A DNA stretch of 64,000 bases from a virus: the IMG/VR virus record IMGVR_UViG_3300032294_003343, positions 64,001 through 128,000 of that record; one strand, 5' to 3'. The notes beneath the pieces were generated by a model that was not told the origin of the DNA, did not search any database, and saw nothing but the letters and a program-made list of their open reading frames with translations. A program made the position numbers and the translations under genes. Position 1 is the first letter of the stretch. Every line of letters begins with the position of its first letter. This document shows, one piece after another, positions 48,842 through 59,260 of the stretch.

Positions 48842-48878
48842 AAAAACATTATACTCTTTAGAATCAAAAATTATTTTT

Positions 48879-49712
48879 CTATTTATTAAAATTACCAGAT
48901 ATCAATAATTCTTCATAAGTTTTCTTAATTCCAGAATGCAATCCAATCAAATTGATATCAAAAAGATGCAGATTATATTCACCATAATAACTTAATCCTA
49001 AATTTTCTTTTTCAATAATTGTTTCAACATTATAATCAGATAAGTTATTGATAATTGTTGCAATATCAGATAGTTTGTATTTTTGCTGATATGAACAATT
49101 TATAGTTTGTTGTTTTACACTAGCATCGATTGTGAACTTTACAACTTGACATAAATCATCCATATAGAAAAAGTCCATAAATTTATCTTGATGAATTTGT
49201 ATAGGTTTTCTATTTATGTAATTTATTATGTTAGCTTTGATCATTCTAGAAGTAAGTTCATCACTATTGAAAACATTAAATAGTCTTATATTATAAAAAC
49301 CTTTCAATAAAAGTCCAGATTTAGCAATTAAGTTCTTGCTCATTCCATATGGATCGATTGGATGTGCGCACTTCAAATCAGTTGAAAAGTCTATGTTATA
49401 TCTTCGGTCTAATTCTGCACCTGATCCAAATGAAATATATTTATCAAAAGACAAAGAATTATCTAAAATATTTTGATGCATAATACAGTTTTCGTAAAAA
49501 ACAGTATTTTCATCATCTTTAAGTCTACTTCCACCAGTTGTTGCAGTATGAATGACAACATCAAAATACTTGTCTTTAAAAAAATGTTTTACTTCTTCTG
49601 AATTTAATAAATTAAGATTTGATCTATTAGTCAGAGTCAAATTATAATCTTTAAGATTTTTTGCTAAATTTCTAGCTACAAATCCATTTGAACCTGTGAT
49701 CAGGATATTCAT
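48879..49712 (-). CDS. NAD-dependent epimerase/dehydratase (extended SDR)
   Basis: ILITGSNGFVA, FGSGAE, YGMSK (YxxxK), DFFYMDD. Confidence 0.9.
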   Translation of the reverse strand: MNILITGSNGFVARNLAKNLKDYNLTLTNRSNLNLLNSEEVKHFFKDKYFDVVIHTATTGGSRLKDDENTVFYENCIMHQNILDNSLSFDKYISFGSGAELDRRYNIDFSTDLKCAHPIDPYGMSKNLIAKSGLLLKGFYNIRLFNVFNSDELTSRMIKANIINYINRKPIQIHQDKFMDFFYMDDLCQVVKFTIDASVKQQTINCSYQQKYKLSDIATIINNLSDYNVETIIEKENLGLSYYGEYNLHLFDINLIGLHSGIKKTYEELLISGNFNK

Positions 49713-51430
49713 TTAATGTCTTCTAAACTTCCAGGAATAATTTTGCCATTTTCATCAATACCTTTTGCAGATACTTTTGGCTCATGAAGTTCCCAAGGAT
49801 CTGTCATCACTTCAATAATTTCAGGACCTGAATGTGAAAAAGTACTTTGTATTAAGTCAAGTTGATTATTGTTCAATATTTGACTGTACTTAATCCCAAA
49901 AGCATCAGATATTTTTTTGAAATTTGGAAGAGTAACTCCTGATGAAGGTTCAGAACCAACTAAATTTCCTTTGAAAAATGAATTTTGTGTAAGTTTGATT
50001 GATAAGTACCCATCATTATTCAGAATAAATATTTTGATTGGTAAATTATGATGAACGACAGTTTGCAATTCTTGCAAGTTCATCATAATACTCCCGTCGC
50101 CTTCTATGCAAATGATAGTTTTATTACATCCATAATAGGCTCCTATTGCTGCAGGAAGACCATAGCCCATTGGAGCAGTACCTTCATTAGAAAAAAGCTG
50201 TTGATTTGATCGCAGCCTTACAGTCTTGTGAAGAACAACATGAGCTGTTCCATCACTAGTAACTATAATGCTATCATCATCAAGAAATTCTTCTAACTTT
50301 TCAGAAAACACATAGGTACTTACATAGTTTTCTAACTTTCTATGTTTATCTAATACAAGTTGTTCTTCAGATCTTTTGAGCTTAATATAGTCCAGCCATT
50401 CTCTTATATCAAAGTTTGCTTCATATGTTTCAAAAAACTCAAAAAAATTCTTTAAATCTAAATTGATTCCAATGAAAGAATCATTTTGATCAAATTTTTT
50501 TATTTCAAAATTATCTACATCTATTACTATTTTTTTAGCATTTGGAGCAAACTTGTTAAGATCGTATCCAATTACTTTAGGATTTAATCTAGACCCTAAA
50601 GATATAATAAAATCAGCTTGTTGAATTATCTGGTTTGATGTTTTTTGCCCTAAGATTCCAATTTTACCAGTGTAAAATTCATAATCATAATTGATAATGT
50701 CTACTGCTGAATGAGGTCCTGATACAACTGGCAACTGATACTTTTGAATAAAATTCTTAAGCTCATTGATGGTGCCAGAAGATTTAATTCCATTGCCTAT
50801 AACAACAACTGGCTTTGATTTTTGAAAATTATCAAAACAACTTTTCAATAATTCTATTTGTTTTGAATTGTCACTTTCATCAAATATTTGAGCAGATTTA
50901 AGAGATTCAACATCAATTTCCGAGGCTTGAATATCAAGAGGTACATCCAACCATACGGGTCCTGGTCTCTTATTAACGCATTCATTCCATGCAGTTTCCA
51001 AATGATATTTAATTTCATTTTTATCATAAACTGTTTCTGCATACTTAGTCATAGTTTTTACTGTATTGACAATATCAAATTCTTGTTGTCCAATTTGTCT
51101 ACATCCAGTATTGATTGACATTTGCTCAGTAGGAACTTGACCAGATATAACTATCATTGGGATAGAATCTTGGTAAGCACACAAAACTCCAGTAATTGCA
51201 TTTGTTCCTCCTGGACCAGTAGTAACCAAAACACAACCAGGTTTACCAGAAGTTCTGAAATATGCTTCTGCTGCCATTGCACAGGCTTGTTCATGGTGAT
51301 TGCAAACGTATCTTAAGCCTGATTTACCAAGTGAATCAATTAAATGCATACAGCCTCCACCGGATACGGTGAAGACTGTGTCTATGCCTTTTTCTTTTAT
51401 AAATTCAAAAATATAGTCTGATAATTTCAT
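49709..51430 (-). CDS. ThDP-dependent acetolactate synthase-like enzyme (YerE-like sugar C-branching candidate), 573 aa
   Basis: GGGCMHL, HHEQACAMAAE, TTGPGGTN, RPGPVWLDVPLD, MGYGLPAAIG, GDGS...NN ThDP motif; sugar-cluster context. Confidence 0.85.
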   Translation of the reverse strand: MKLSDYIFEFIKEKGIDTVFTVSGGGCMHLIDSLGKSGLRYVCNHHEQACAMAAEAYFRTSGKPGCVLVTTGPGGTNAITGVLCAYQDSIPMIVISGQVPTEQMSINTGCRQIGQQEFDIVNTVKTMTKYAETVYDKNEIKYHLETAWNECVNKRPGPVWLDVPLDIQASEIDVESLKSAQIFDESDNSKQIELLKSCFDNFQKSKPVVVIGNGIKSSGTINELKNFIQKYQLPVVSGPHSAVDIINYDYEFYTGKIGILGQKTSNQIIQQADFIISLGSRLNPKVIGYDLNKFAPNAKKIVIDVDNFEIKKFDQNDSFIGINLDLKNFFEFFETYEANFDIREWLDYIKLKRSEEQLVLDKHRKLENYVSTYVFSEKLEEFLDDDSIIVTSDGTAHVVLHKTVRLRSNQQLFSNEGTAPMGYGLPAAIGAYYGCNKTIICIEGDGSIMMNLQELQTVVHHNLPIKIFILNNDGYLSIKLTQNSFFKGNLVGSEPSSGVTLPNFKKISDAFGIKYSQILNNNQLDLIQSTFSHSGPEIIEVMTDPWELHEPKVSAKGIDENGKIIPGSLEDIK

Positions 51431-52500
51431 TGCAAATCATCTTTTGTTAATGGACTACCTTTTTTCAAATCTTTGTTTAGGATAAATTCATTATCCATAA
51501 ATTCTCTAGAAGTGATTTGATTTATGTCTGGTAAATAAGGTACAGCCGCATAAACATCCTTTAATGTTACAGTATACCCTTTTTTCAAATCCTTATTTAT
51601 ATAAAAGCCTCGGTAAAGAGCAGCTAAATATTCACTCTCTTTTTCATCAATAATTCTTCTTTGTGATGAGGATGTTCCACACATTTGGTTTGACTTATGA
51701 AATGCTTTGAACCATTCGTCAACTTGATGAGGTAAAGAACAATATTTACTTACTTCTTTCTGCTCATGGTTTTTTGGATAAGGTATATCAATGTGTCTCT
51801 CCCAAGTCCTTACTCCTTTTGCATAAGAAATGAACATTGAAGATTCCCAATCGTGATACTCATGAGTGGAAAAACCAATTGTATGATTTGGATATTTAGA
51901 TTTCAAATAGTCTATTTGATTTAACTCAAGTTCAGAGTCTTCGCTTGGATATTTAGAAACACAATGATTTATAGCTAATGGGATTTTTCTATTGTCAAAA
52001 AATCTAACGACATCATCAATTTGTTTTTCATTAGCCCCACCAGTAGAGATAATTACAGGTTTCTTAGTACTGGCAATTTTTTGAAGCAGAATCCAATCAT
52101 TGATATCTGCACTAGAAACTTTGATAATTGGTAAATCAAATTGCACACACCAATCAACAGACTTTTCGTCAAAAGGTGTAGCCATGGGTATGCAATTAGT
52201 TTTCTTGATGTATTCGACAAGTTCAGACATTTCGTCAAAACTTAGCTTTGTTTTTAAAGTTTTTTGAATGTATCTTTCTTTTTTGGGAAGAGTAAGTAAA
52301 TCTTGATTCTTCCCATTATCAACAAACTCACTATGAATGAAATTTTCAACATCTCTGAATTGCAACTTAATTGCAGCTTTGATTTTGTTATTTCGTACAA
52401 CAGAAGCAAATTCTTTAACTATTTGTTTGCCTCTTGACAAAGAGCCCCAATGGTTATTTGCAAGCTCTAAAACAAATAAATTATGGAAAATTTCGTTCAT
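51427..52500 (-). CDS. neuB: N-acetylneuraminate/nonulosonate synthase family protein with C-terminal SAF-like domain
   Basis: ELANNHWG, IKLQ, TPFDEKSVD, KPVIISTGG, HCVSKYP, GFSTHE, ERH. Confidence 0.88.
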   Translation of the reverse strand: MNEIFHNLFVLELANNHWGSLSRGKQIVKEFASVVRNNKIKAAIKLQFRDVENFIHSEFVDNGKNQDLLTLPKKERYIQKTLKTKLSFDEMSELVEYIKKTNCIPMATPFDEKSVDWCVQFDLPIIKVSSADINDWILLQKIASTKKPVIISTGGANEKQIDDVVRFFDNRKIPLAINHCVSKYPSEDSELELNQIDYLKSKYPNHTIGFSTHEYHDWESSMFISYAKGVRTWERHIDIPYPKNHEQKEVSKYCSLPHQVDEWFKAFHKSNQMCGTSSSQRRIIDEKESEYLAALYRGFYINKDLKKGYTVTLKDVYAAVPYLPDINQITSREFMDNEFILNKDLKKGSPLTKDDLQ

Positions 52501-52507
52501 AAAAATA

Positions 52508-53404
52508 TTATAGTGTAAATTGAACTAAAGGTAAAGTAATTCCAGTTTGATCAATAACTTCAGACTTGTATCCATATGATTCCAAAATCTTTGTAAATGT
52601 ATCAATGTTAAGTACTCCATTTACATTATGAGCTTCCACAATAATTTTGGGTTTATAATGATCAAAAAACTCTTTATTTTCAAAGATAAAAGATTCTGCA
52701 CCCTCAATATCACACTTAATAAAATCAACTCTATCAAGGTTATATTTTTGTACGATATCAAAAAGAGTGTAACATTTTACTTCAACAATCTCGCCTCTTT
52801 CTCCAACAAGATCAACTGCTGAAGATCCCATATTTTGTTCAAGCGAAAATTTCAGTGTTCCAGTATGTGTCCAAACTGCAGCATTTAATAATTCAATATT
52901 CTCTGATTGAAACAACGCAATATTTTTTTGCAAGCATTCGAAGTTTGTAAAATCAGGTTCCATAGCAATAACTTTTCCTGACTTTCCAACATTATTTGAA
53001 AAAGCTATTGACGTTAAGCCAGAATATGCACCAAGGTCAAACACTACATGTCCTTCTGACAAATTAGCAAAATCCAAATATTGCTCAATTGTTACAAATG
53101 GTTCAGCAAGTGATGGGCAAAAAGGCTCAAATAAATCAAATCCCTTGACCTTATGTTGTGCAGGTTTTGAAAAATCTACTACTTTTTTCCCATCTACAAT
53201 TTTGTAAGAAACTGAACTAAAATAATAGTCAAACCCATACATTATAGTTTTTATGTAAACATTTTGTCTTTTATTGATAATAACGATTTGATCATCATTA
53301 ATAATGTGGATATTGTCATCTACTTCTACCACTTGCATGTTCAGTTCTAACATTGCTTCATAAACTGTTTTCTTTTTTGGTAAAACATCAGTTTCAGTTA
53401 CCAT
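52508..53404 (-). CDS. FkbM-family methyltransferase, 298 aa
   Basis: VFDLGAYSG, AMEPD, NAAVW, FIKCDIEGAE. Confidence 0.88.
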   Translation of the reverse strand: MVTETDVLPKKKTVYEAMLELNMQVVEVDDNIHIINDDQIVIINKRQNVYIKTIMYGFDYYFSSVSYKIVDGKKVVDFSKPAQHKVKGFDLFEPFCPSLAEPFVTIEQYLDFANLSEGHVVFDLGAYSGLTSIAFSNNVGKSGKVIAMEPDFTNFECLQKNIALFQSENIELLNAAVWTHTGTLKFSLEQNMGSSAVDLVGERGEIVEVKCYTLFDIVQKYNLDRVDFIKCDIEGAESFIFENKEFFDHYKPKIIVEAHNVNGVLNIDTFTKILESYGYKSEVIDQTGITLPLVQFTL

Positions 53405-54351
53405 ATAAAATTCTCCTTATAGTATTTGATAATTTCAATAATTTCATTATCAAAAATACACTTTGGTGTCCATCCAAGATTTCGCAATTTACTGTCATTG
53501 AGTGCATATCTGACATCTTGACCTGGTCTAACAATATTAAAATCGATGTACTCTCTCGGATCTTCAATATGTTTGTCAAAGTAGATATCTAATATTTTTT
53601 CAACTGTTCTTATATTTGATTGTTCAAATCCACCAGCAACATTAAATATCTCATTTTTACAATTGTTCTCAATTATAGTCAAAACAGCGCTGGCGGTATC
53701 TTTAGCATGCAACCAATTTCTTACAGGTTTGCCTTCTGCATGTAAAGGTATTCTTCTGCCAAGTTTAAGGAATTTACACGCTTTTGGGATAAGTTTTTCT
53801 ACATATTGACCTATGCCATAATTATTTGTTGGTCTGATTATAATATAGGGTATGTTGTAAGTTCTTGACCATGCTGTAATCAATTGATCTGCAGCAGCCT
53901 TGGTTGCTGAATAAGGGTTAGATGGCTTAAGAACGTCAGTTTCAATATGTTCACCATCTGATATATCACCATAAACTTCATCAGTGCTAAAATGAATAAA
54001 TGTAGGAACAATATATCCCTCTTTTTGATAAGCCCTCAAAAGTTCAAGAATGTTATAAACACCATCAATGTTTGAATGTAAAAAATCATCACTTTTACGT
54101 ATTGAATTATCTACATGTGTTTCGGCTGCAGTATTGATAAAATAATCGCAGTCAACCAATCTATCTAAATCACATATATCTTTTTCTTCAAACTTAAACT
54201 TTGGATTAGATTTAAATTCTTCCAATTTAGAAATTCTTGATGCATATGTACATTTATCAATTCCGAAAACATACCAGCCTTTATCAAGACAAGCTTGAGT
54301 TACATATGACCCAATAAATCCTAAGCATCCTGTCACGTATACTACTTTCAT
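53398..54351 (-). CDS. rmlB: dTDP-glucose 4,6-dehydratase-like (start revised from 54375)
   Basis: VTGCLGFIGS, DKCTYA, AAETHVDNSI, STDEVYG, PYSATKAA, NNYG..Q..EKLIP, RPGQDVRY. The ATG at 54351 forms an ATGA overlap with the upstream stop. Confidence 0.9.
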   Translation of the reverse strand: MKVVYVTGCLGFIGSYVTQACLDKGWYVFGIDKCTYASRISKLEEFKSNPKFKFEEKDICDLDRLVDCDYFINTAAETHVDNSIRKSDDFLHSNIDGVYNILELLRAYQKEGYIVPTFIHFSTDEVYGDISDGEHIETDVLKPSNPYSATKAAADQLITAWSRTYNIPYIIIRPTNNYGIGQYVEKLIPKACKFLKLGRRIPLHAEGKPVRNWLHAKDTASAVLTIIENNCKNEIFNVAGGFEQSNIRTVEKILDIYFDKHIEDPREYIDFNIVRPGQDVRYALNDSKLRNLGWTPKCIFDNEIIEIIKYYKENFIW

Positions 54352-55223
54352 GATGTTTTCTTTTTCTTTTTGCAAGCTAGCATATATAAGTTTGTGAAAT
54401 GAACATAATCTAAAGCTGCCTGATAATTCAAAACTTGCTCCTTGATAATTTCAAGTCCACAAGATTCAATTAAGCAATGCAAAGATTTATTAGAATAAAA
54501 ATTTATATGTTCATGCCAATGTTTTTTAGTTTTATATAGATCTAATGACTCATTATTTTTTGCCATAAGATCTTCACAAGGAACCTCTAGATATAAAACC
54601 GTATTTTCGCTCATGGATTCAATTATATCCATAAGTAATTGCTTTGGATAAGAGACATGTTCAAGAACATTGCTACAAACTACCAAATCATAAGCATGAT
54701 TTTTAATCATAGATGGTTCTATTTTTTCACAATTTGGAAACAATGTTTTGTCTGTCCATTCATAGATGTAAACTTTGCTAGCTGTTTCTAAAAATGGAGT
54801 GTTTTTACCATCATCTCCTCCCCAATCCAATACGAGTGGTTTAATGCTGATAAAGTCAAGAAAACTTTCAATTTCTTTTTTATATCCAATAGCTACATCC
54901 AAATTTTTCTGTTTATCTTTATAACCTGGTTCATAAGAATCTCTGACATCTATATATTTTGATTCTCTGTAATTCTCATATAAGTTTTTTAATTCATGAT
55001 CTTCAAATCTGAAATCACTGAATAAAAAACCACAATCTTGGCATTGCACAGACTTGCAAGGCATATAAATAGTGCCATTTGGTACTCCATACAAATTCCA
55101 TGTGTCATCTATTTCAAATAAATCATAATCGAATATCATTTTTGACATAAATGGCATCAAAATAGCAGAAGATTTTTCTAGTTTTTTACTTTCACAACAA
55201 GGGCAGGATAAAGCTAAATTCAT
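54348..55223 (-). CDS. Class I SAM methyltransferase with N-terminal Zn motif, 291 aa
   Basis: CPCC...CQDCG, VLDWGGDDG, YDLVVCSNVLEHV, YLEVP, HEHINFY. Confidence 0.85.
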   Translation of the reverse strand: MNLALSCPCCESKKLEKSSAILMPFMSKMIFDYDLFEIDDTWNLYGVPNGTIYMPCKSVQCQDCGFLFSDFRFEDHELKNLYENYRESKYIDVRDSYEPGYKDKQKNLDVAIGYKKEIESFLDFISIKPLVLDWGGDDGKNTPFLETASKVYIYEWTDKTLFPNCEKIEPSMIKNHAYDLVVCSNVLEHVSYPKQLLMDIIESMSENTVLYLEVPCEDLMAKNNESLDLYKTKKHWHEHINFYSNKSLHCLIESCGLEIIKEQVLNYQAALDYVHFTNLYMLACKKKKKTS

Positions 55224-55326
55224 TTTGCATTCTCAAAAAAATATTATACATTCATAATTAACAAACGTAAAAACTTGACCAACATAATCTCTATAGTTAT
55301 TGAAAATTGATTTTTTTATAAGTAGG

Positions 55327-55332
55327 TATAAT
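55327..55332 (+). promoter_or_regulatory. -10 box in the divergent intergenic region of the glycan cluster
   Basis: TATAAT 18 nt before the ATG at 55351. A TATAAT is also present on the minus strand at 55243-55248. No well-spaced -35 seen. Confidence 0.4.
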
Positions 55333-55350
55333 TAAATTAGGATTATTTAT

Positions 55351-55752
55351 ATGAATAGAAAATATTTACCAACTCTTTCAGAACTCGTTGATCGTCTTTC
55401 AATTGTGCAGCTTAAAGAAGTTTTTATAACTGAACATAAGGCTGAATATGCAGAGGAAATTGCTGCAATTGTTCATGATATCCAGGCACATCTTGATGAA
55501 AATGATGCTGTTGTAGATGCAGAGGTAATTCGTGCAATAGTTGTTCTTTCGCAAATGAATTTACATATTTGGCATAATGAAACTAATTATCGTAAGGGTA
55601 TCAAGGATGGAAACAATCTTGAACTAACTCATGGATTGAATGGAATTAGAAATACTGCTAAAAACAAAATTCAAGAAGTTTGTGGTGGTAGAAAAGATTA
55701 TAAGATCGATTGTCTTGCTGCTGATTTCAAAGATTGGGAGATTAGCTGGTAA
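55351..55752 (+). CDS. Helical hypothetical protein (DUF6165-like), 133 aa
   Basis: LSELVDRLSIVQLK...N..IWH.E...R...NGIR...KNKI pattern, as in small proteins of glycan clusters. Confidence 0.55.
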   Translation: MNRKYLPTLSELVDRLSIVQLKEVFITEHKAEYAEEIAAIVHDIQAHLDENDAVVDAEVIRAIVVLSQMNLHIWHNETNYRKGIKDGNNLELTHGLNGIRNTAKNKIQEVCGGRKDYKIDCLAADFKDWEISW

Positions 55753-56690
55753 TGGAAAAAGTCTTAATTACTGGTGGAGCTGGATATTTAGGTTCTACCC
55801 TTACTGAAGTGTTGTTGTCTAAAGGCTATGCAGTTACTGTATTAGACAATTTAACTTATAAGCAACTTTCTCTCACGTCTTTCTGTCATAATAAAAACTT
55901 CAATCTTATTGTTGGAGATGTACGGGATACCAAACTTCTTACAAGTCTGGTGGAAACTCATGACATCATCATTCCATTAGCTGCAATTGTAGGTATGCCA
56001 GCTTGTAAAAAAGATCCAGATCTAACAGTAGCTGTAAATTATCAACAAATTAAAAACATTGTTGAGGTAATTCAGCCAAGTCAGAAATTGTTAGTTCCTA
56101 ATACAAACTCTCAATATGGAAGTTCTGAAACAATCATTACAGAAGAAAGTCCATTCAATCCTCTTTCTCTTTATGCGCAAACAAAATGCGATGCTGAAAA
56201 GCGTGTTTTAGAATGGGGTAATGGTATTTCTTTAAGGCTTGCAACAGTATTTGGAGTTTCTTACAGACAAAGAATGGATTTGCTTGTAAATGATTTTGTT
56301 TATCGAGCTTTCACTGATGAGTTTTTAGTTTTATTCGAATCTCATTTCTTACGAAACTATGTGCATGTAAGAGATGTTGCTAAAGCTTTTGTTCATTTGA
56401 TTGAAAATTATGAAACCTGCAATAACAATGCATTCAATGTAGGTCTTACTTCTGCAAACATGTCAAAACTTCAACTTGCTCAAAAGGTCAAAGAATATGT
56501 GCCAAGCTTAGTCATTATTGAAGAACAATTTAAAGAAGATTTTGATAAGAGAAACTATGTTGTTTCTAATGAGAAACTTGAAAAAACAGGTTGGTCATGT
56601 GATTTTTCATTGGACGCTGGAATTCAAGAATTGCTTATGGCATATCAAATGATAGCGAATTTCAAGAATAAAGATTTTACAAATTTATAG
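55752..56690 (+). CDS. NAD-dependent epimerase/dehydratase (SDR), 312 aa
   Basis: ITGGAGYLG, LAAIVG.PAC, YAQTK, RLATVFG...RMDLLVN, HVRDVA, DKRNY. Confidence 0.9.
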   Translation: MEKVLITGGAGYLGSTLTEVLLSKGYAVTVLDNLTYKQLSLTSFCHNKNFNLIVGDVRDTKLLTSLVETHDIIIPLAAIVGMPACKKDPDLTVAVNYQQIKNIVEVIQPSQKLLVPNTNSQYGSSETIITEESPFNPLSLYAQTKCDAEKRVLEWGNGISLRLATVFGVSYRQRMDLLVNDFVYRAFTDEFLVLFESHFLRNYVHVRDVAKAFVHLIENYETCNNNAFNVGLTSANMSKLQLAQKVKEYVPSLVIIEEQFKEDFDKRNYVVSNEKLEKTGWSCDFSLDAGIQELLMAYQMIANFKNKDFTNL

Positions 56691-56697
56691 GAATATT

Positions 56698-57717
56698 ATG
56701 AAAGTACTCTTCGTTTACAAACCTTTTTATCAACATGATACAAAATCAGAAAACCATCAAGAAAAGCTTAGAGGTTCATTTCATGCAGCTTTTGGTGAAG
56801 ATAACCCAGATTATCAAATGGAAGTTTTACATTTCGGTAATGCTCCTGGATTAATTAGAACCCCCAAAGAAATGAATGAAGAAATGCTCAAGAGAGATTT
56901 CGATATTTGTATTGTATGCGAAGAACTTCATTTTGCGGTTGAGCTAGATACTATCAAAAAACTTGGTAAGAAGTTATTTCTTACTAATTGGGACTTGTTT
57001 ATTGGAACAGCTCCGAGCATACATGTCAACTTCAGATTAATGATTAAGAAGCCTAGAATCTGGGGTGAGCACAAATTTCCAGTTCCAATGATTGAAGCAA
57101 CTCAATATTGTAAGTTTTTAGTTGGTGACTATGGTTACGATGAAATTCTTCCAAATATGTATGCTATTGATCAGCCTATAGATTCACGAGTTTTTAATAC
57201 TGAAGGATGCACTGAAGAAAGTAGAACTACAGATGTTGGCTTCAATGGAATGATTTATATTCAAGAAAGAGCTAGATATTATGAACTCTTTCGAAAAGCT
57301 AATCTGCCTATCACATATACCGGAAGCGTCAACAAAGATATTTTCCCAGCTCAAGTTTTGTCAACTAAAGACTATGCTGAGATTTATAAGAAAACCAAAA
57401 TCTCTTTGTGTTTTACAGAAGCAATTTTTAGTCCAAACAATCATACAAGAAAAGGCAGAATTTCAGAAGTAGCATCTTGTGGAAGTTTTTTACTTACTAC
57501 TCATCCTGACTGTATGAAGTATCGTGATAAGTCTTGGTACAAAATTGGGGAGCATTTTGACTCTATGGATGAATCTGACTGTGTAGATAAAGTTAGATAT
57601 TATTTGAATAATCCTGAAAAAAGAATTCAAATGGCTGATGCAATGCATAAACATTGGCAAGAAAATTATTCTCCAGTCAAATGGTGGGGAAATGTCTTTA
57701 GATGGGCAAAATTATAA
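56698..57717 (+). CDS. Glycosyltransferase, CgeB/Glyco_trans_1_2-like, 339 aa
   Basis: DVGFNG...ER...YAEIYKKTKISLCF...KGRISEVASCGSFLLT...KVRYYLNNPEKRIQMA. Confidence 0.8.
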   Translation: MKVLFVYKPFYQHDTKSENHQEKLRGSFHAAFGEDNPDYQMEVLHFGNAPGLIRTPKEMNEEMLKRDFDICIVCEELHFAVELDTIKKLGKKLFLTNWDLFIGTAPSIHVNFRLMIKKPRIWGEHKFPVPMIEATQYCKFLVGDYGYDEILPNMYAIDQPIDSRVFNTEGCTEESRTTDVGFNGMIYIQERARYYELFRKANLPITYTGSVNKDIFPAQVLSTKDYAEIYKKTKISLCFTEAIFSPNNHTRKGRISEVASCGSFLLTTHPDCMKYRDKSWYKIGEHFDSMDESDCVDKVRYYLNNPEKRIQMADAMHKHWQENYSPVKWWGNVFRWAKL

Positions 57718-57751
57718 ACTGTTAGTATAATGAGAATAAGGTAAAAAATAT

Positions 57752-59260
57752 ATGCGAAAACTAGATATTTTGTTTGTACACCCCAATGCTTCTGAAATTA
57801 TTTACCAGGATTTGAGCAAAAAAAGTGCTGCAATTGAACCACCAATTTGGGCAGGCATGTTGGCAAATCACGTAAGGACTAGAAATTTTTCAGCTGCTAT
57901 CTTAGATTGTGAAGCTGAGAGATTGAATTGGGAAGATGCTAGTAAAACTATTGTTGATTATAATGCAAAAGTAATTTGTTTTGTAGTTTATGGCCAACAA
58001 CCTTCTGCTTCTTCACAAAACATGACTGGAGCAGTTGGTATTGCTAGATTAGTAAAGCAACTTACAGATACTCCTATTGTCTTTGTTGGTGGCCATGTTG
58101 CTGCATTACCAGATGAAGTTCTTGCTGAAGATTGTGTTGATATCGTACTTCTTAACGAAGGTGTGTATGCAATCTCAAACTTGCTTTCTACAGATTTGTC
58201 TGTCGAGCAGCTTAAAAACTGCACTGGAATTGGATTCAAATTAGATGGACAAATTTACAAAAATGAACCAGAAAGAATTGTTCCTAAATCCTTATTAGAG
58301 CAAGATTTACCTGGAATGGCTTGGGATTTACTTCCATCATTCAATAAATACAGAACTGCAGGATGGCATTCATGGAGTAATAATACGGAAAATGCTCCTT
58401 TTGCTGCTCTTTACACAAGTTTAGGTTGTCCTTACAAGTGCTCGTTTTGTATGATCAACATCATCAATAGAACAAGTAATCTCCCATTGATTACTTCTGA
58501 AGATTCTAATATGTTCAGATGGTGGACCCCAGAATTTATTATCAAGCAGTTTGATTATTTTGCTGAAAACAATGTTAGAAATATCAAGATTGCTGATGAA
58601 TTATTTGTATTGAATCCAAATCATTTTCAAAAAATATGTAACTTAATTATTGAGCGTGGATATGATTTTAACATCTGGGCATATTCTCGTGTAGATACTT
58701 GTAAACCACAATTTTTAGATACATTAAAGAAAGCTGGTGTTAATTGGCTTGGACTTGGAATTGAAAACCCAAATCAAACTTTGAGACAAGAGATTCACAA
58801 AGATCACTTTGTTGATGTAAAAATTACTGATTTGATGCAAAATATGAGAGATGCTGGAATAAGCATTGGTGGAAATTATATTTTTGGATTGCCAATGGAT
58901 ACTCATGAATCTATGCAAAATACTTTAGATTTTGCTATGGCTAATAAAACCGAAATGGCAAATTTTTACTGTGCTATGGCATATCCAGGAAGCCCACTTT
59001 ATAAAACAGCAGTTGCAAAGGGTTGGAAGCTTCCAGAAACATATTCAGGATATAGCCAACATTCATATGACATGTTGAATTTGTCAAATGATTTTCTTTC
59101 TGCCAAAGACATCGTAGCATTCCGAGATAAAGCTTTTGTAACTTATCATTCTGATGAAAACTACTTAAACTTGTTAGAAAATAAATTTGGCGTTCATGCA
59201 AAACACAATGTTGAAGATGTGTTGAAGATTAAACTTAAGAGAAAGTTATTAGGTGATTAA
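57752..59260 (+). CDS. Cobalamin-binding radical SAM protein, 502 aa
   Basis: EPPIWAGMLA, FVGGHVAALP (B12-binding), SLGCPYKCSFC (CxxxCxxC), LGIE, YIFGLP.DT, AYPGSPLY. Confidence 0.92.
   Translation: MRKLDILFVHPNASEIIYQDLSKKSAAIEPPIWAGMLANHVRTRNFSAAILDCEAERLNWEDASKTIVDYNAKVICFVVYGQQPSASSQNMTGAVGIARLVKQLTDTPIVFVGGHVAALPDEVLAEDCVDIVLLNEGVYAISNLLSTDLSVEQLKNCTGIGFKLDGQIYKNEPERIVPKSLLEQDLPGMAWDLLPSFNKYRTAGWHSWSNNTENAPFAALYTSLGCPYKCSFCMINIINRTSNLPLITSEDSNMFRWWTPEFIIKQFDYFAENNVRNIKIADELFVLNPNHFQKICNLIIERGYDFNIWAYSRVDTCKPQFLDTLKKAGVNWLGLGIENPNQTLRQEIHKDHFVDVKITDLMQNMRDAGISIGGNYIFGLPMDTHESMQNTLDFAMANKTEMANFYCAMAYPGSPLYKTAVAKGWKLPETYSGYSQHSYDMLNLSNDFLSAKDIVAFRDKAFVTYHSDENYLNLLENKFGVHAKHNVEDVLKIKLKRKLLGD

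Noticed and set aside
49709-51430. Calling this ilvB (branched-chain amino acid synthesis) and 61395-63112 pdhAB
   Set aside because: No small subunit, ilvC/D, E2 or E3 nearby, and the context is entirely nucleotide-sugar genes, so symbols are withheld.
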